A DNA stretch of 63,670 nucleotides, filler included, from Jimgerdemannia flammicorona (lineage: Eukaryota), in the NCBI GenBank assembly GCA_003990765.1. It is 3 parts of 3 records of this genome, joined end to end, with 100 filler letters (N's around TTAATTAATTAA, not from the genome) between each part and the next. Parts side by side here need not be neighbours in the genome. Positions count along the whole stretch, not along the records: positions 21,261 to 42,418 come from RBNJ01001513.1; positions 42,519 to 63,670 come from RBNJ01001515.1; 1 more part is not named here. One strand, 5' to 3'. The stretch's first letter is position 1; the number at the start of each line of letters is the position of its first letter. The position numbers were made by a program, and so were the translations under genes. This document shows positions 37,620-50,900 of the stretch, piece after piece. A model generated the notes under the pieces. It worked only from the letters and a program-made list of their open reading frames with translations. It had not been told where the DNA came from and made no database searches.

Positions 37620-38858
37620 CCCAGGACTCACCAAATTTTAGCAGCCTGAGCTCCATCAAGATTTCAGACACATACATACTTGGATTGTCTCAGTATTCAG
37701 TACACACCTCTTAGAGGCAATGAGATCCACCCTATCTGAGAATACTCACTCAATGGAAGTACTAGAGGCTAGAATTACCAGATAGTCCTGAGCCATACCA
37801 TATAGGCTGGGGAAGTCTGTTTGATGCAGCTACATATCTCAGTAGGTAAGAGCAGTGGTTAGAATAATAGATTAAATTGGCCCAATGTAACCAACTGCCT
37901 GTCTAACAATCCACCTTCTACCAGTTGAGCACCTCTACACTCTCTAGTAGGATCATGCAGTTGCTGATAAGATAAATGGTAAGTTTATCTATTGACAGTA
38001 GCTCTTCTACTGATGGCTCTCTCTTCCTCTTTCTGCTGAAGTAAATATGAGATAGGAGAGATCTCTCAGTATATTCATCTGAACTTTAGCCAGAACCTTG
38101 CAGTGGTATATAGTTTTTCTGGTATATTTCGATTATGGCCTGCTTGGTTCTCTCAATGAAGTACTGCTCCTAGCCCTGATATTTATGGTATTGTAGCTTT
38201 AAGTATGGGTTCAGCACTGTTCAGAGAAAGAGAGAGAGTTTTTGCAGGGGGTTCTCTATTTTTGGAAGGAGAAATGGCCACATATCAACATATCTGTACT
38301 AATTGAGTATATAGTGGTATCTGTTTTGGAGTAGTATTTTCTGAGCTTGCTTAGTGCAATCTCTATGGCATCTCTCTGATCTGGGCTTAACCATAAATCA
38401 CTACAATTCTCCAGCCTGTTCTTGAGCTTATCCTCTAGCTGGTCAATCAGAAGATTGTATACTGATATTGCAGAGCTTATTATTGGGGTCATTTGTTTGA
38501 CTATATCCTTCATACAATCATCAAAATACTGGCAGTTATATATAGTGAGGTATTATATTATATAGAGGCAGACAAAATGAGTGTAGGGCTAGAGTAATTA
38601 CTACTTACTTTCAAAACTCTGACAATATTCCTAAGTACATCCCACTTGCTTTTACCTAGAGCCTTGCCCCACATTTCCTTGTCAGCAGCTACTATTGAAT
38701 CTATTGGCTTTTTTTGATTTTGATTTTGATTTTTTTTTAAAAAAAAAATCTTCAATCATCCAAAACAAGTTGCTTCAGCTGACTAAAGAAAAAAGAATGC
38801 ATATCACAGCAAACTCCAGTGCATGCTGGATCATTACAAATATTAAGTTTCAATGTAT
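37620..38858 (-). pseudogene. hAT transposase, C-terminal part, apparently with introns
   Basis: hATC motif FPSLYGMAQDYLVILASSTSIE*VFS...IQVCMCLKS*W; ALSKLRKYYSK; VLNPYLK; decayed TRWNS at ~38850. The N-terminal part probably continues at 43716-44020 and 45588-~46600. Confidence 0.85.
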
Positions 38859-39100
38859 TGTAATAGTGACCCCAGAATGATGACATCAGTACAGGAGACA
38901 GCCTTTCCTTGTAAGCCACCAGATTGGAGCACAAGAAGATTATATGGCATATGAGATGAGCAATGATGACCAACTGTGAGTCATTGTGACCACAGCACAA
39001 GCATCCTGAAGAATATAAAAGAAGGATCAAGGAACTGCAGTAGCAGCAACCAACAAGAACCACCAATCCCAAAATAGCTCAAAGACTTATGACAAATGAA

Positions 39101-39919
39101 ATGCCTGCTACCCACCAAATATCAAGGTCAAGGAATCACTAAGGTATCTCAGTCGAGGAAAGGATGTTCCAAGACATCAGAAGAGCCATAGGGATCTGCT
39201 CAAGAAGGACTCCTAGTGTCAACCTGGGAACTGCAGACCCTTATCACTTTATTCTCTATTGCTGCAAAATGGAAACAAGGATCACCATTGCTACCGAATG
39301 CCTCCAAATATGGCAGGAGTATGAAATAGGAAACCTTCTCTGCTGGGAGTTCCCAGAGGCCAGCACCCAAGAGCTACAAGATGCCACTCCCATAGATATA
39401 TATGAAATGAGGATAGCTAAGAAGATCCATCAGATCTTCAGGCATGCACCATGGTCAATCCCCAACTTGGAGTATATTAGAGTCTCAGACTTCAGAGACC
39501 TGTCATCCCACTGAGTCAATGTGCTAGAAGCCAGGGTGCCTACAGAAGCCCAGTCTACTATCACCCTCAACAGTGAAGAAGTAGAAGACTTCTGGCACCC
39601 TATCCTTCAGGACAACCCAGATCAATTCCTGCAAGGATTGATCTCAGTATTTCAAGGCCCAAGCATCTGAGTTAGATCTCCCCAAGACCCCACATTTGTT
39701 TCTTATTTTGTGGAAGAGAACCTCATAGACTGGAGAGCTCCAGACCTTGTCTCTGATTTCCCCACCACAGCCAAACATGATGATGTCATCGATGACGTCA
39801 TCCCATGTGACATACCCGAAGTACGTGAAACGTGTAACCTATATGATGAATTCACGGATCTCATCTCCTTCAGTGATGATGATGATGAAGCCCCCATAAT
39901 CCTGAACTTTCTGCTCTAA
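39101..39919 (+). pseudogene. LTR-encoded accessory ORF in the family B 5' LTR
   Basis: ATG at 39101; pieces 39164-39514 and 39710-39919 in frame. Confidence 0.85.
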
Positions 39920-42418
39920 GTTCTTTGTTACACTGGATAATGCCAGCACCGGTATTCTCATGTAACATTGGATAATGCCAGCACTGGTATTCTGAGGTGA
40001 CTTGAAATTGTTCCAGTACCAGCATTTTGATGTGACACTAAATAATGCCAGCATCCTGAACCTGTACAACTATCAATGCCAGCCCTGGAACTTAGTAGTT
40101 TTAGTTATTGGAATTTATATTTAGCTTTATATCTTAGCAACCATTGAATTATATTTTGTATAAATACCTCTCTTATTTCCTCTGAAATAAAGTCAGTTCC
40201 TCTTAGTGCAATACACACACTTTCTTGCAAGCAATCTAAGAGATAACAAGACAGTTAAAGATAAGAAGTTTGAGGACTATAAGACCTTGGGAAGGCACTC
40301 CAATAAGAACTTGCTTATAACAAACTTGAGTTAGTCTAAGAGATATACCTTGAGGAGAATCTGGCATATTTGAAGGACTCAGCGACCACTATGTGACAAC
40401 TTGGTGCCCATTGACTGGTGATTCAAGATGAATCCCTCACTTTCAAGCTGAAAAACGAACAACCCCCACAACAACTACCCTGACTACAAGAGTCACCTCT
40501 GTAAGAATTCAAGACAAGATAGAAATGTGTCCCCCCACATTCTATAGATATACTACTGAAGAGTCAATCCTGATCTTCATTGAAGACTTTGAACAATTCA
40601 CCACCATATGAGCCCTTGGTGTGAATGCTCAATTGGCCCTTCTACTAGTCAGCCTTAGAGGACCTGCCAGAGACAAGTTCAATGCAGCCACTATTGCTGA
40701 TACTGGTGCAGCCAAACTCACCAACATAAAGGTCTTCCTCAGAACAACATATTATACCAAAGAGATTAAGCAAGCTCTCAAGGATCAACTCAATACTATC
40801 TGCCAGGGACTTAGTGAAGATCCCAACTCATTCTATACCCGAATTTGCCACCAGATTGTCTTGGCTGGCTATGATGACTGCCTCAAGGAACAAATAGCAG
40901 ATTCAACCTTCCTCAAAGGAGTTCACCCTAAAATTGCCCTAGCAATCTAATATACCCCAGCTGCACTGACCCTTGATCAGAAAGTAGTCTTTGCACAGAG
41001 ATATTGGACTACCAGACACCCTGCCAAACACTCAATGGAGAAAATAACTGGCATCAAGATGGAGTCATCAAAGCCAACTAGTATCTTACCTGCCACAGTT
41101 GTAAACAGACAACCAACCCCACCTACCCCCAAGACAGCCAAAGCTGACCCAGTGGAGGAACTTGCCAAGCAGTTTGCCAAGATGACTGCACACCTTAGTG
41201 ATGTTATTAGAGAAGTCTGAAGCACCAACAGGAGACCAGTGCAGAGATTTGCAGCTGCTACAGAAGAACGCAATATCACATACTTCAGATGTGGAGAAGA
41301 AGGCCACTATGTAAAGAGTTGCATGACTGAAACAAGACATAAAGCCCAACCAAGCAATACTAGCAGAACCAGAGAACAAACCAATGCAGTAGTCATCGAG
41401 GAGATTAGTGATACTGATGATGAAGAATACTACGAGGAGCTCGAATTCTACCCTGCTACTGAAGGTACCAGAATCTGGTCTAAGCCCTATGATAAGAAGA
41501 GCAACAGCAAGCCAGTTGGAAGACCAAAGAAGACCCCAGCTGTCACTATTCAAAGTAAGACCCAACCCAAAGAGATTGATCAAGACATGGAGTTAGACAA
41601 AGCTGTCTACCAAATCATTGAAGGCACTACTCCAGTCTCAGGAGAAAGCGAAAGCAAGAAGGAACAGAAGCTGTGCAAGACCAAGATCCACCAGTATGAC
41701 ATCTACAAGGACCTCAAGGAATAGAAGATCAATGCTACCTTTGGACAGCTAGCTAAAGTCCCTGCCTTCAGACAGCAGTTGAGAGTAGGACTTGCAACTA
41801 CTGCCAAGAATCAAGAGTACAAGATTGTAGAAGCTCACAATGTACAGGAAGAATCTGAGAACTCAGGTAAAGAATCCGAAGACTAGTGCAAGACATCAGC
41901 CTATACCCCCTGCCAGATTGAAGACTGTATCTTTGATGCCATCATTGATACTGGTGCTGGAGGATGCCTTATGAGCAAGAAGGCAATTGACTGTCTAGGT
42001 TGGAATATTGAAGAGTCCACCAAGATGGTCTATGTCACAGCAGATGATACACGAGCTACCCCCCTTGGCAAAATCCAAGAAGTCTTCATCAAGATAGGAG
42101 GAGTCACTATTCCAGTAGACATGATTGTTACAAGTGCCACCAACTATGACATCCTCATTGGCAACCAATGGCTTCACAAGGCCAAGGCCATCATTGACCT
42201 CAATGCCCAGAAGATGCAGATCAACTACAGAGGAAGAAAGGTATGAGTTTCTATCAATGTCCACAAAGGAGTCCTACCAGACATGGAGGAGGGAGATGAA
42301 GAAGACACAGAGGTCTTCATGCACTCAGTGAACAAGAACAAGAACAAGACACCCAAGCTCACAGATGAGCAGTGGTACAACAAGATCATCGATGGCTATG
42401 CCCCTCAAGGAAGATGCC

Positions 42419-42518
42419 NNNNNNNNNNNNNNNNNNNNNNNNNNNNNNNNNNNNNNNNNNNNTTAATTAATTAANNNNNNNNNNNNNNNNNNNNNNNNNN
42501 NNNNNNNNNNNNNNNNNN
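42419..42518. other. Assembly gap with artificial linker
   Basis: N44-TTAATTAATTAA-N44. Confidence 0.97.
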
Positions 42519-42528
42519 CGAGGAAAGG

Positions 42529-43269
42529 ATGTTTCAAGACATCAGAAGAGCCATGAGGACCTGCTCAAGAAGGACTCCTAGTGTCAACCTGGGTACTGCA
42601 GACCCTTATCACTTTATTCTCTACCACTGCGAAATGGAAATAAGAATCACCATTGCTACCGAATGCCTCCAAATGTGGCAGGAGTATGAAATAGGAAACC
42701 TCCTCTGCTGGGAGTTCCCACAGACCAGCACCCAAGAGCTACAAGATGCCACTCTCATGGATATACATGAAACAAGGACAGGTAAGAAGATCCATCAGAT
42801 CTTCAGGCATGTACCATGGTTGATCCCCAACTTGGAGTATGTTAGAGTCTCAGATTTCAGAGACCTATCATCCCACCGTATCAATGCACTAGAAGCCAGG
42901 GTGGCTATAGAAGCCCAGTCCACTATCACCCTCAACAGCGAAGAAGTAGAAGACTTCTGGCACCCTATCCTCCAGGACAACCCAGATCAATTCCTGCAAG
43001 GATTGATCTCAGTATTCCAAGGCCCAAGTATCTGGGTTAGATCTCCCCAAGACCCCACATTTGTTCCTTATTTTGTGGAAGAGAACCTCATAGACTGGAG
43101 AGCTCCAGACCTTGTCCCTGATTTCCCCGCCACAGCCGAACGTGATGACGTCATCGATGACATCATCCCATGTAACATCGAAGCACGCAAAAATGACAAA
43201 TTCGTGGATCTTATCTCTTTCAGTGATGATGATAATGAAGCCCCCATAATCCTGAACTTTCTGCTCTAA
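42529..43269 (+). CDS. LTR-encoded accessory protein in the family B 3' LTR; 246 aa uninterrupted, N-terminus lost in the gap
   Basis: Open frame MFQDIRRAM...WQEYEIGNLL...KKIHQIFRHVPW...SVFQGPSI...DLISFSDDDNEAPIILNFLL*. Confidence 0.8.
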   Translation: MFQDIRRAMRTCSRRTPSVNLGTADPYHFILYHCEMEIRITIATECLQMWQEYEIGNLLCWEFPQTSTQELQDATLMDIHETRTGKKIHQIFRHVPWLIPNLEYVRVSDFRDLSSHRINALEARVAIEAQSTITLNSEEVEDFWHPILQDNPDQFLQGLISVFQGPSIWVRSPQDPTFVPYFVEENLIDWRAPDLVPDFPATAERDDVIDDIIPCNIEARKNDKFVDLISFSDDDNEAPIILNFLL

Positions 43270-44020
43270 GTTCTTTGTTACACTGAATAATGCCAGCACT
43301 GGTATTCTCATGTAACACTGGATAATGCCAGTACCAGCATTCTGAGGTGATGCGAAATTATTCCAGTACTGATATTTTGATGTGATACTAAATAATGCCA
43401 ACCCTGGAACTTAGTAGTTTTAGTTATTGGAATTTATATTTAGCTTTATATCTTTGCAACCATTGAATTATATTTTGTATAAATACCTCTCTTATTTCCT
43501 CTGAAATAAAGTCAGTCTTCTTAGTACAATACACACACTTCCTTGCAAGCAATCTAAGAGATAACAAGACAGTTAAAGATAAGAAGTTTGAGGACTATAA
43601 GACCTTGGGAAGGCACTCTAATAAGAACTTGCTTATAACAACTTGAGTTAGTCTAAGAGATATATCTTGAAGAGAATCTGGTATATTTGAAGGACTCAGC
43701 AACCACTACATGACAGTATATATAGCTTTTGTCTAACAAATAATATTTAAAACTCTATTACTTCTTTTCTCAATAGAATAGATGGGGTCTTTTAGTCAAG
43801 AAGTATAATATGCAAGACTCTCTCCACTACTCTCTTCTTCTCTCCACAACTCTTCTCTCCTCACTACTCTCCTCTCTGGACTACTTCTCTCTCTCTTCAC
43901 CCTCTCTCTATAATATCTGGTCACTCTCAAGTTCTATACCCTTGCCATTATCAGCAGTTCTTTCCTCTCTCTGATATTTTTTTGCTTTTGCCAATCTATA
44001 TTTATCTATAATATATATAT

Positions 44021-45587
44021 TGTCATGTAGTAGTCGCTGAGTCCTTCAAATATGCTAGATTCTCTTCAAGGTGTATCTCTTAGACTAACTCAAGTTTGTT
44101 ATAAGCAAGTTCTTATTGGAGTGCCTTCCCAATGTCTTATAGTCCTCAAACTTCTTATCTTTTAACTGTCTTGTTATCTCTTAGATTACTTGCAAGAGAT
44201 TATGTATGTATAAGTGAACTGGAACTTGACTGACTTTATTTCAGAGGAAATAAAAGGGGTATTTATACAAAATATAATTCAATAGTTGCTAAGATATACA
44301 GCTAAATATAAATTCCAATAATTAAAATAAAATGCCAGGATAGAAAAAACTACTAAGTTTCAGGGTCAGTACTGATGGTTGTATAGGTTCAGGATGCTGG
44401 TATAATTCAGTGTTATATCAAAATGCCAGTGCTGGAACAATTTCACATCACCTCAGAATGCCAGTACTGGCATTATCCAGTGTTATCTTAGAATGCCAGT
44501 GCTGGTATTATTCAGTATAACAAGGAACTTAGAGCAGAAAGTTCATGACTATGGGGGCTTCATCCTCATTGTCAGAGGTCAGGATATCTTTGAAGGAGAT
44601 GAGGTCTGCAAATTTATCATATAGGTTGTATGTTTTATATACTTCGATGTTACATGGGATGATGTCATCACTGATGATGTCATCATGTTTGGCAGTAGGG
44701 AAATCAGGGGCTCTCTAATCTATGAGGTTCTTTACCACAAAATAAGGGACAATGAAGGATCTTGGAGAGGTCCAACCTAGATACTTGATCCTTGGAATAC
44801 TGAGATCAATCCTTGCAGAAATTGGTCTAGGTTGTTCTGAAGGATAGGATGCCAGTAGTTTTCTACTTCATCACTATTGAGGGTGATGGTGGACTGGGCT
44901 TCTGTAGCCACCTGGACTTCTAGTACATTGATATGGCAGAATGCCAGATCTCTGAAATCTGAGACTCTAATATACTCCAAGTTAGGGATTGACCATGGTG
45001 CATGCCTAAAGATCTGATAGATCTTCTTAGCTGTCCTCATTTTGCATATATCCATGGGGATGGCATCTTGTAGCTCTTGAGTGCTAGCTTGTGGGAACTC
45101 CTGGCAGAGGAGGTTTTCTATTTCATACTCCTACTATATTTGGAGGCATTTGGTAGTAATAGTGATCCTGGTTTCCATTTCACAGCAGTAGAGGATATAG
45201 TAATAAGGGTTACCAGTACCCAGGTTGACACTAGGAGTCCTTCTTGAGTGGGTCCTCATAGCTCTTCTGATGTCTTGAAACATCCTTTCTTCAACTGAGG
45301 TACCTTGGTAGTTCCTTGACATTGAGGTTTGGCAAGCAGTAGGCATTTTGTTTGTAATAAGTCTTTGGGCTATTTTGGGATTGGTGGGTCTTGTTGGTTG
45401 CTGCTACTGTAGTTCCTTAATTCTTCTTTTATATTCCTCAAGATACCATACTGTGGTCACAGTGACTCACAGTTGGTCATCATTGCTCATCTCATATGCT
45501 GTATGATCTCCTTGTGCTCCGATCTGGTGGCTTGTAAGGACAGGCTGTCTCTTATGCTGATATCATCATCCTGAGGTCACTGTTACA
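44021..45587 (-). mobile_element. Solo LTR, family B (1567 bp), carrying the decayed accessory ORF
   Basis: TG...CA ends; TSD ATAT on both sides; no PBS or PPT; ORF pieces 45134-45346 and 44777-45055. Confidence 0.92.
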
Positions 45588-47979
45588 ATATTTAGACTTA
45601 CTCCTGAGTGAAATAAAACTGCCACAAATTGCAACTATCTAGTTAAGATTACTGCTATTAATTGTAAACAAATTTTATATCAAAGAATTCTCTACAATCA
45701 AAGTATTCTCACCAGAGCACAAAGTCAAAAAGAGCTCTATCTAGAAGTTCTTGAGTGGAATATTCTTTTGGTTCATAGGATTTGTTAGGCCTCATATAAT
45801 AATATATTAATATTTGATTGTAGCCCCTCTCAGAGCTTTCAGAAAGCCAAAGTCATTGTGGAATATCTCCTTTTGATGATGATATTTAACATATGATTTA
45901 TTAAGAGTAGAATTACTAATAAGAACTTCAAGAAGACTATCTCCATAGATAACTTTCTGGTATTCATTTTTATTAGATAGTTACCTTCACTCTCACCAGA
46001 ACTCTCACTCACCCTAAACAGAATGTAACTATCCTGAAAATTCTTCTCTTTATCAATAAGCCTACAATACTAGTACTATATAAAATACTCTCAGTAGATA
46101 TTAATAATTACATACTACTAGGTAAGAAATATAATACAGATCTGATCATTATTAACCAGTTCTATATCAAAGAGTTCTCTCTGATTATTATTAGACCAAT
46201 TGATAGTGAGGACATTGTATATAATAGTAGGCAAATTTGAGAATATTTCTGAAGAAATTTGCAAAGAAGATCAAGATGGAGGAGAAGTAGAAAAAGATTG
46301 TTTATTGTGATCAAGAGTACATAGTTGTGGTATTTTGAGCAATTTCATTTATCTCATTACAATTGATCCAATGAATCCTGAGATTATCTCTTAATCTATA
46401 CTTATGACCCATTATTTCTCTTTCTCTGATCTGTAAATTCTGATGATACTTCTATCCCAATCTTATAACTAGATGATCTACTAATAGCTGCAATATATAT
46501 AACTACTTTTCTCTTACTTATATCTCTTAATCAATATATGTTTAACCTCAGCCTTATATACAGAAATAGTTTGAATATATTATATATGGAGTAATTAGTA
46601 GCTAGTAGTTAGAGAAGATAGTAGGTAGAAATGAGTTGTTTAGTAGAGATAGATAGTTGCATAGATTCTTGATTAGTCTTCACTAGATGTTTGGATAGAG
46701 TAATATAGAATTAATTTATTACTATAAGTGAAAAAGTGAAATAAAGATTAAATTTAAATAAAACTATATTAATAATGAAAAAAAATATTTCAAATCAGAT
46801 TGATAACTATAAATTATTCATTATTATATATATATATATATTTCTCTCTTCCTTCCAAATGATAAAATAACTACATCTTTTATATTCATACAACTACTAT
46901 ATCTTCATACTTGATACTAAATATCAATTATATAAAACTTTGATAAAAGCTAACTATCAAACTCAAATTTTAGAATAACTCTAAATAAGAAAAGTATACT
47001 TATGGATGAATCTCTATTCTTTGAATTGATCAATGAGATTTTATATATAAATATCATTACATAATAGTGTTTTGCTACTATATTATCTAAATTTGAGTCT
47101 AAAGCTATAAAGGTTTAATATTAATATATAGAGGTTCAATATAGAAACTATCTAGATAAAAGAGAATTTAATAGAGTTGTTTATATAGATTATTACAAAT
47201 AGATATCAAAGATATAGATAAGATTTGATCACAATATATAAGAGGGGTTTGTTTTGTATCAGTGAATATTTTATAGATAACTTTTTTATATAATAATTTA
47301 AGTATATTTTTACTGAAATACTAATCTTTAAAATTATATATAAAAGGTTTTCTAATATTAGAGAATGATGTTATATCTACAGAACCTAAGTTACTTCAAA
47401 TTATCTTTAAGATATTAGAAAGAAGTTTCAGAAGCAGAATATTATATATTTATTTTAAATAAATATATTCTTTTTTTGTTGAATCTATAATAAATAAATA
47501 TATAATTTATATACATATTAATATAATTTCTTATCTATTATAAAATAAAAATAATATCCAGTATACTTAAATTATAATTTTTATAGTTTAATATATAGAT
47601 TGTAATTATAATTATTTAGCTTTTAAGTAGCTTTTAATATAAACTTAGTTTAGATCTAAATATTAAATATAATATTATAAAATTAAGATTATTAATATTA
47701 TTATTATTAATATATTATTAGTAGTTGTTAGATTTTTAATAAAATCTTTAAAAGTAATAATAATCTTTATTTTTTTAGATAGTATTTATTTAGAGTGAAA
47801 TTAAACTATAAAAATAAATTTTTAATAATTTATTTTTAATATAAATAATTAGTGATAAAGATAAAAGCTTAAGATTTAAATAAATTAGCTCTTGAGTTCT
47901 TGTTTCAAACTCTTGTTTTAAGTTTTTATTTTAAGTTATTTGACTTATATTTAGATATAATGATATCTAATTTTATTAT

Positions 47980-50900
47980 ACTTAGATCTGTTGAAAAGCT
48001 ATAATTTTGTTTAGTAATTATTTCAACTTGAAGTACTCTTGAAACTTAGTATGATTTTTGTAGGTCCAAAGTATAAAGCATATAATAGGTGGTTCTATAT
48101 AATGCTTTCAATACTGTTGAAAGATTCCTCTATTACTGATAACTTAGTAGAACACTATTGTCTCTCTATAGTTTACTAGACAGTACTTGTGATCTTGAGA
48201 GCTATAGTAGTACTTTATTAGCTAGCTATGGTACTTCTTAAGTTAGTTTCAGTAGATAGTAGTAGAGATAATTATATCTAATTGTTTTTGTAGCCAAAAG
48301 ATAATTTCTTTTATATTTTATACAAGGTAGGGTTCTTTTTACTTGAGCTTTAGATTTATATAACTCTGAAGATTATATTATATTCTAATACATTAAAACT
48401 TTATCTCCTACCTTCATAATCTCCGAGGGCTTATAGATCTTCTCTATATTATTTTATATATTATAATATCTGTATCTTGATTATATAATCTTCTACCATA
48501 TTTCTTATTTAGTGCACTTTCTGTATCTCAGTATCTACTCATTTCTATACTGTATCTTATTGAATAATAGAGTTCTTTCAGAACTTTCTTCTCAAAACAG
48601 CAATTTCTGAGAGATAAAGTAAGTACTTTGTAATTATATATCTTAGAGAGATAATATTATTAGAAGATAGTAGTTCCAATTTCTTTAGTTATTATAGATC
48701 CTAGTAATAACATCCTTGAGAGTCTTATTGGTCCTTTCTATCTGTCTATTTTTCTAAGAATGATAAGCTATGGTTCAAATGTGACAAATCTTATACTTCT
48801 TAGTGAAAATCTTAAAGAGCTAGTTTATAAATTCTATTTCTCTATCCATTATTACTTTCTCTAGAGCCTTAAATTAGCAGATGATTTCTCTATAGAAGAA
48901 ATCAGTAATTGACTATATATTGACCTCTTTGAGAGGTCCTTCTTTTATCTATTTTATAAAGAGGTCTATAATAATAATGATTTATCAGTTATCAGTCAAT
49001 ATTAGGAGTAGAAGACAAATTATATTTGTTGCAATATATATGAGCAAATAATACTAGTTCTATATCTACTGACCCTAGTATTTGATTGCTTCTGTTTTTG
49101 GTATTTTTTACAAATCTTGACAAATTATCTGATATCTTCTACAATTCCTAATAACTATTTTTCTTCTTACTTTATCATAGATATTTGTTTCTTCTAGATA
49201 AGCAAGTTTGTATATTAACTTTATTACTTATTCCTTCTTATGCTCTAGTATAACTAGTAATTTTTCTTTCTTTAGTATATCTTTATCAGTTTCAAATTGT
49301 TTCCAAGTTCTGTTGATAATTGTTTGTATCTATTCTTCTAGATATTGGGAAATATTTCACTGTTCCAGATAGTTGATAATTCTGTAGTAGAGTTTTTTAT
49401 TCATTTTGGTTTTACTGATTGTAGATGCTTTAAAATATATATAAGAGAGTATCTATACTAGTATTAGTTCTTTCTAACTTACAAATATTCCTTTAACAAT
49501 AGCTAGATAAGGGCTGAATGATCAGTCAGAATGGTAAAATATCTTCTTATATATAAGATTGTAGTAAAACCTTTCTATAGTCCCAAATAACTATAAGATA
49601 CTTCAACTTATAGGATTCATATTCTCTTTCTCCTCTGCAAGTTTCTCAGCTAAGATATATAATTACATATTCTACTATATCCTTCTTTTGAACAAGAACA
49701 ACTCCTAGTCTAATTGAGCTTATATATATCTATCTGCAGAATCAACTCTTAAGATCAGTCAAGACTTCTCAAGATAAGTACTTGGGTCATTTAGACTTTG
49801 AGGTATTCAAAAGCTTATTACTGTCTGCTAGACTATTGAAACTTAGTATCGTTTATATAAATATGATCTATAATATTGATGAATACTTTAATAAACCTCT
49901 CATAATAAGTAGTGAGTCCTTTATAGGCTTGAGCTTTAGTAACTGTGGTGGGTCTTAGATAGACTGCTATGACTTAAATCTTAATAGAGTCTGTATGGGT
50001 TTCAGTCTGATAAATAATATATCTAAGGTAGGAGATTTTAATTTCTGCAAACTTATACTTCTTGAATTTGATGAATATATCATACTCTCTCAATATCTGT
50101 AAGATTCAGCAGATATAGTTCAGATGTTCTTTAACTATCTTGCTGAAGATAATTATATGATCTATTTAGACCACTATCTATTTTTCTATATTATCTCAAT
50201 AGATCTTATTTATCATTCTCTGGAAACTTACTGGGGTATTAGCTATTTTAAATAATATTTACAGCTAGATATAGATTCTATCTGAGATAATGAAGGCTGA
50301 ATTTTACTAGCTTATTTGGTGAGACTGATTTGATAGAATTCTTGGTATAAATCCAAGATGGTGTAGTATTGTACTTTATCTCCTAGGTTAACAGAATATT
50401 ACTAATGAGAGATAGTAGTTAGTAATCCTTCTTAGTAATTTTATTGAGCTTTCTATAGTCTGTATATAGTCTTGAGACAAATTCTCCCAGCTTGCTTTCT
50501 TTTTTTAGAGTTAGTATAATTAGTGAGAACTATAGATTTATAGTCTTCTTGATGATGCTAGCTTCTTATATCTGCTTGATCTCTTCTCTGAAATATTCAT
50601 GATATACTGGTAGAATTGATCTTATCCTTTGATAGATTGGCTCTATTTCTCTTTTGTCTATATCATAATAGCAGTATAATATCTTTTTTTTAGTATTCTT
50701 GAAATCAGTAGCAAGGATATCTTCAAATTCATACAATAGCTACTTAGGTTCCTTCTTAAATGGAAATTTATTTCCAATAGTATGATTATACTTATCTGTA
50801 ATTTCCTCCTTTTGTAGTCTAGTTTGGTAATTTTGGTACTAATAAAAACTCCTCTTTCTATATATCTGAATCTTTTTCTTTCTTTTTCTGATTTCTCTCT

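Larger units (their letters stand above)
38859..43715 (+). mobile_element. Gypsy family B insertion (5' LTR 38859-40398, PBS, gag-PR, gap, 3' LTR ending 43715) inside the hAT transposase
   Basis: TSD GTAT at 38855-38858 and 43716-43719; PBS TGGTGCCCATTGACTGG at 40402; gag and protease pieces share one frame. Confidence 0.92.

Noticed and set aside
42529..43269. Accessory ORF as an env gene
   Set aside because: No signal peptide, fusion peptide or transmembrane anchor is visible.
46600..47980. Very AT-rich tract, probably an old repeat
   Set aside because: Too decayed to assign to any family by eye.
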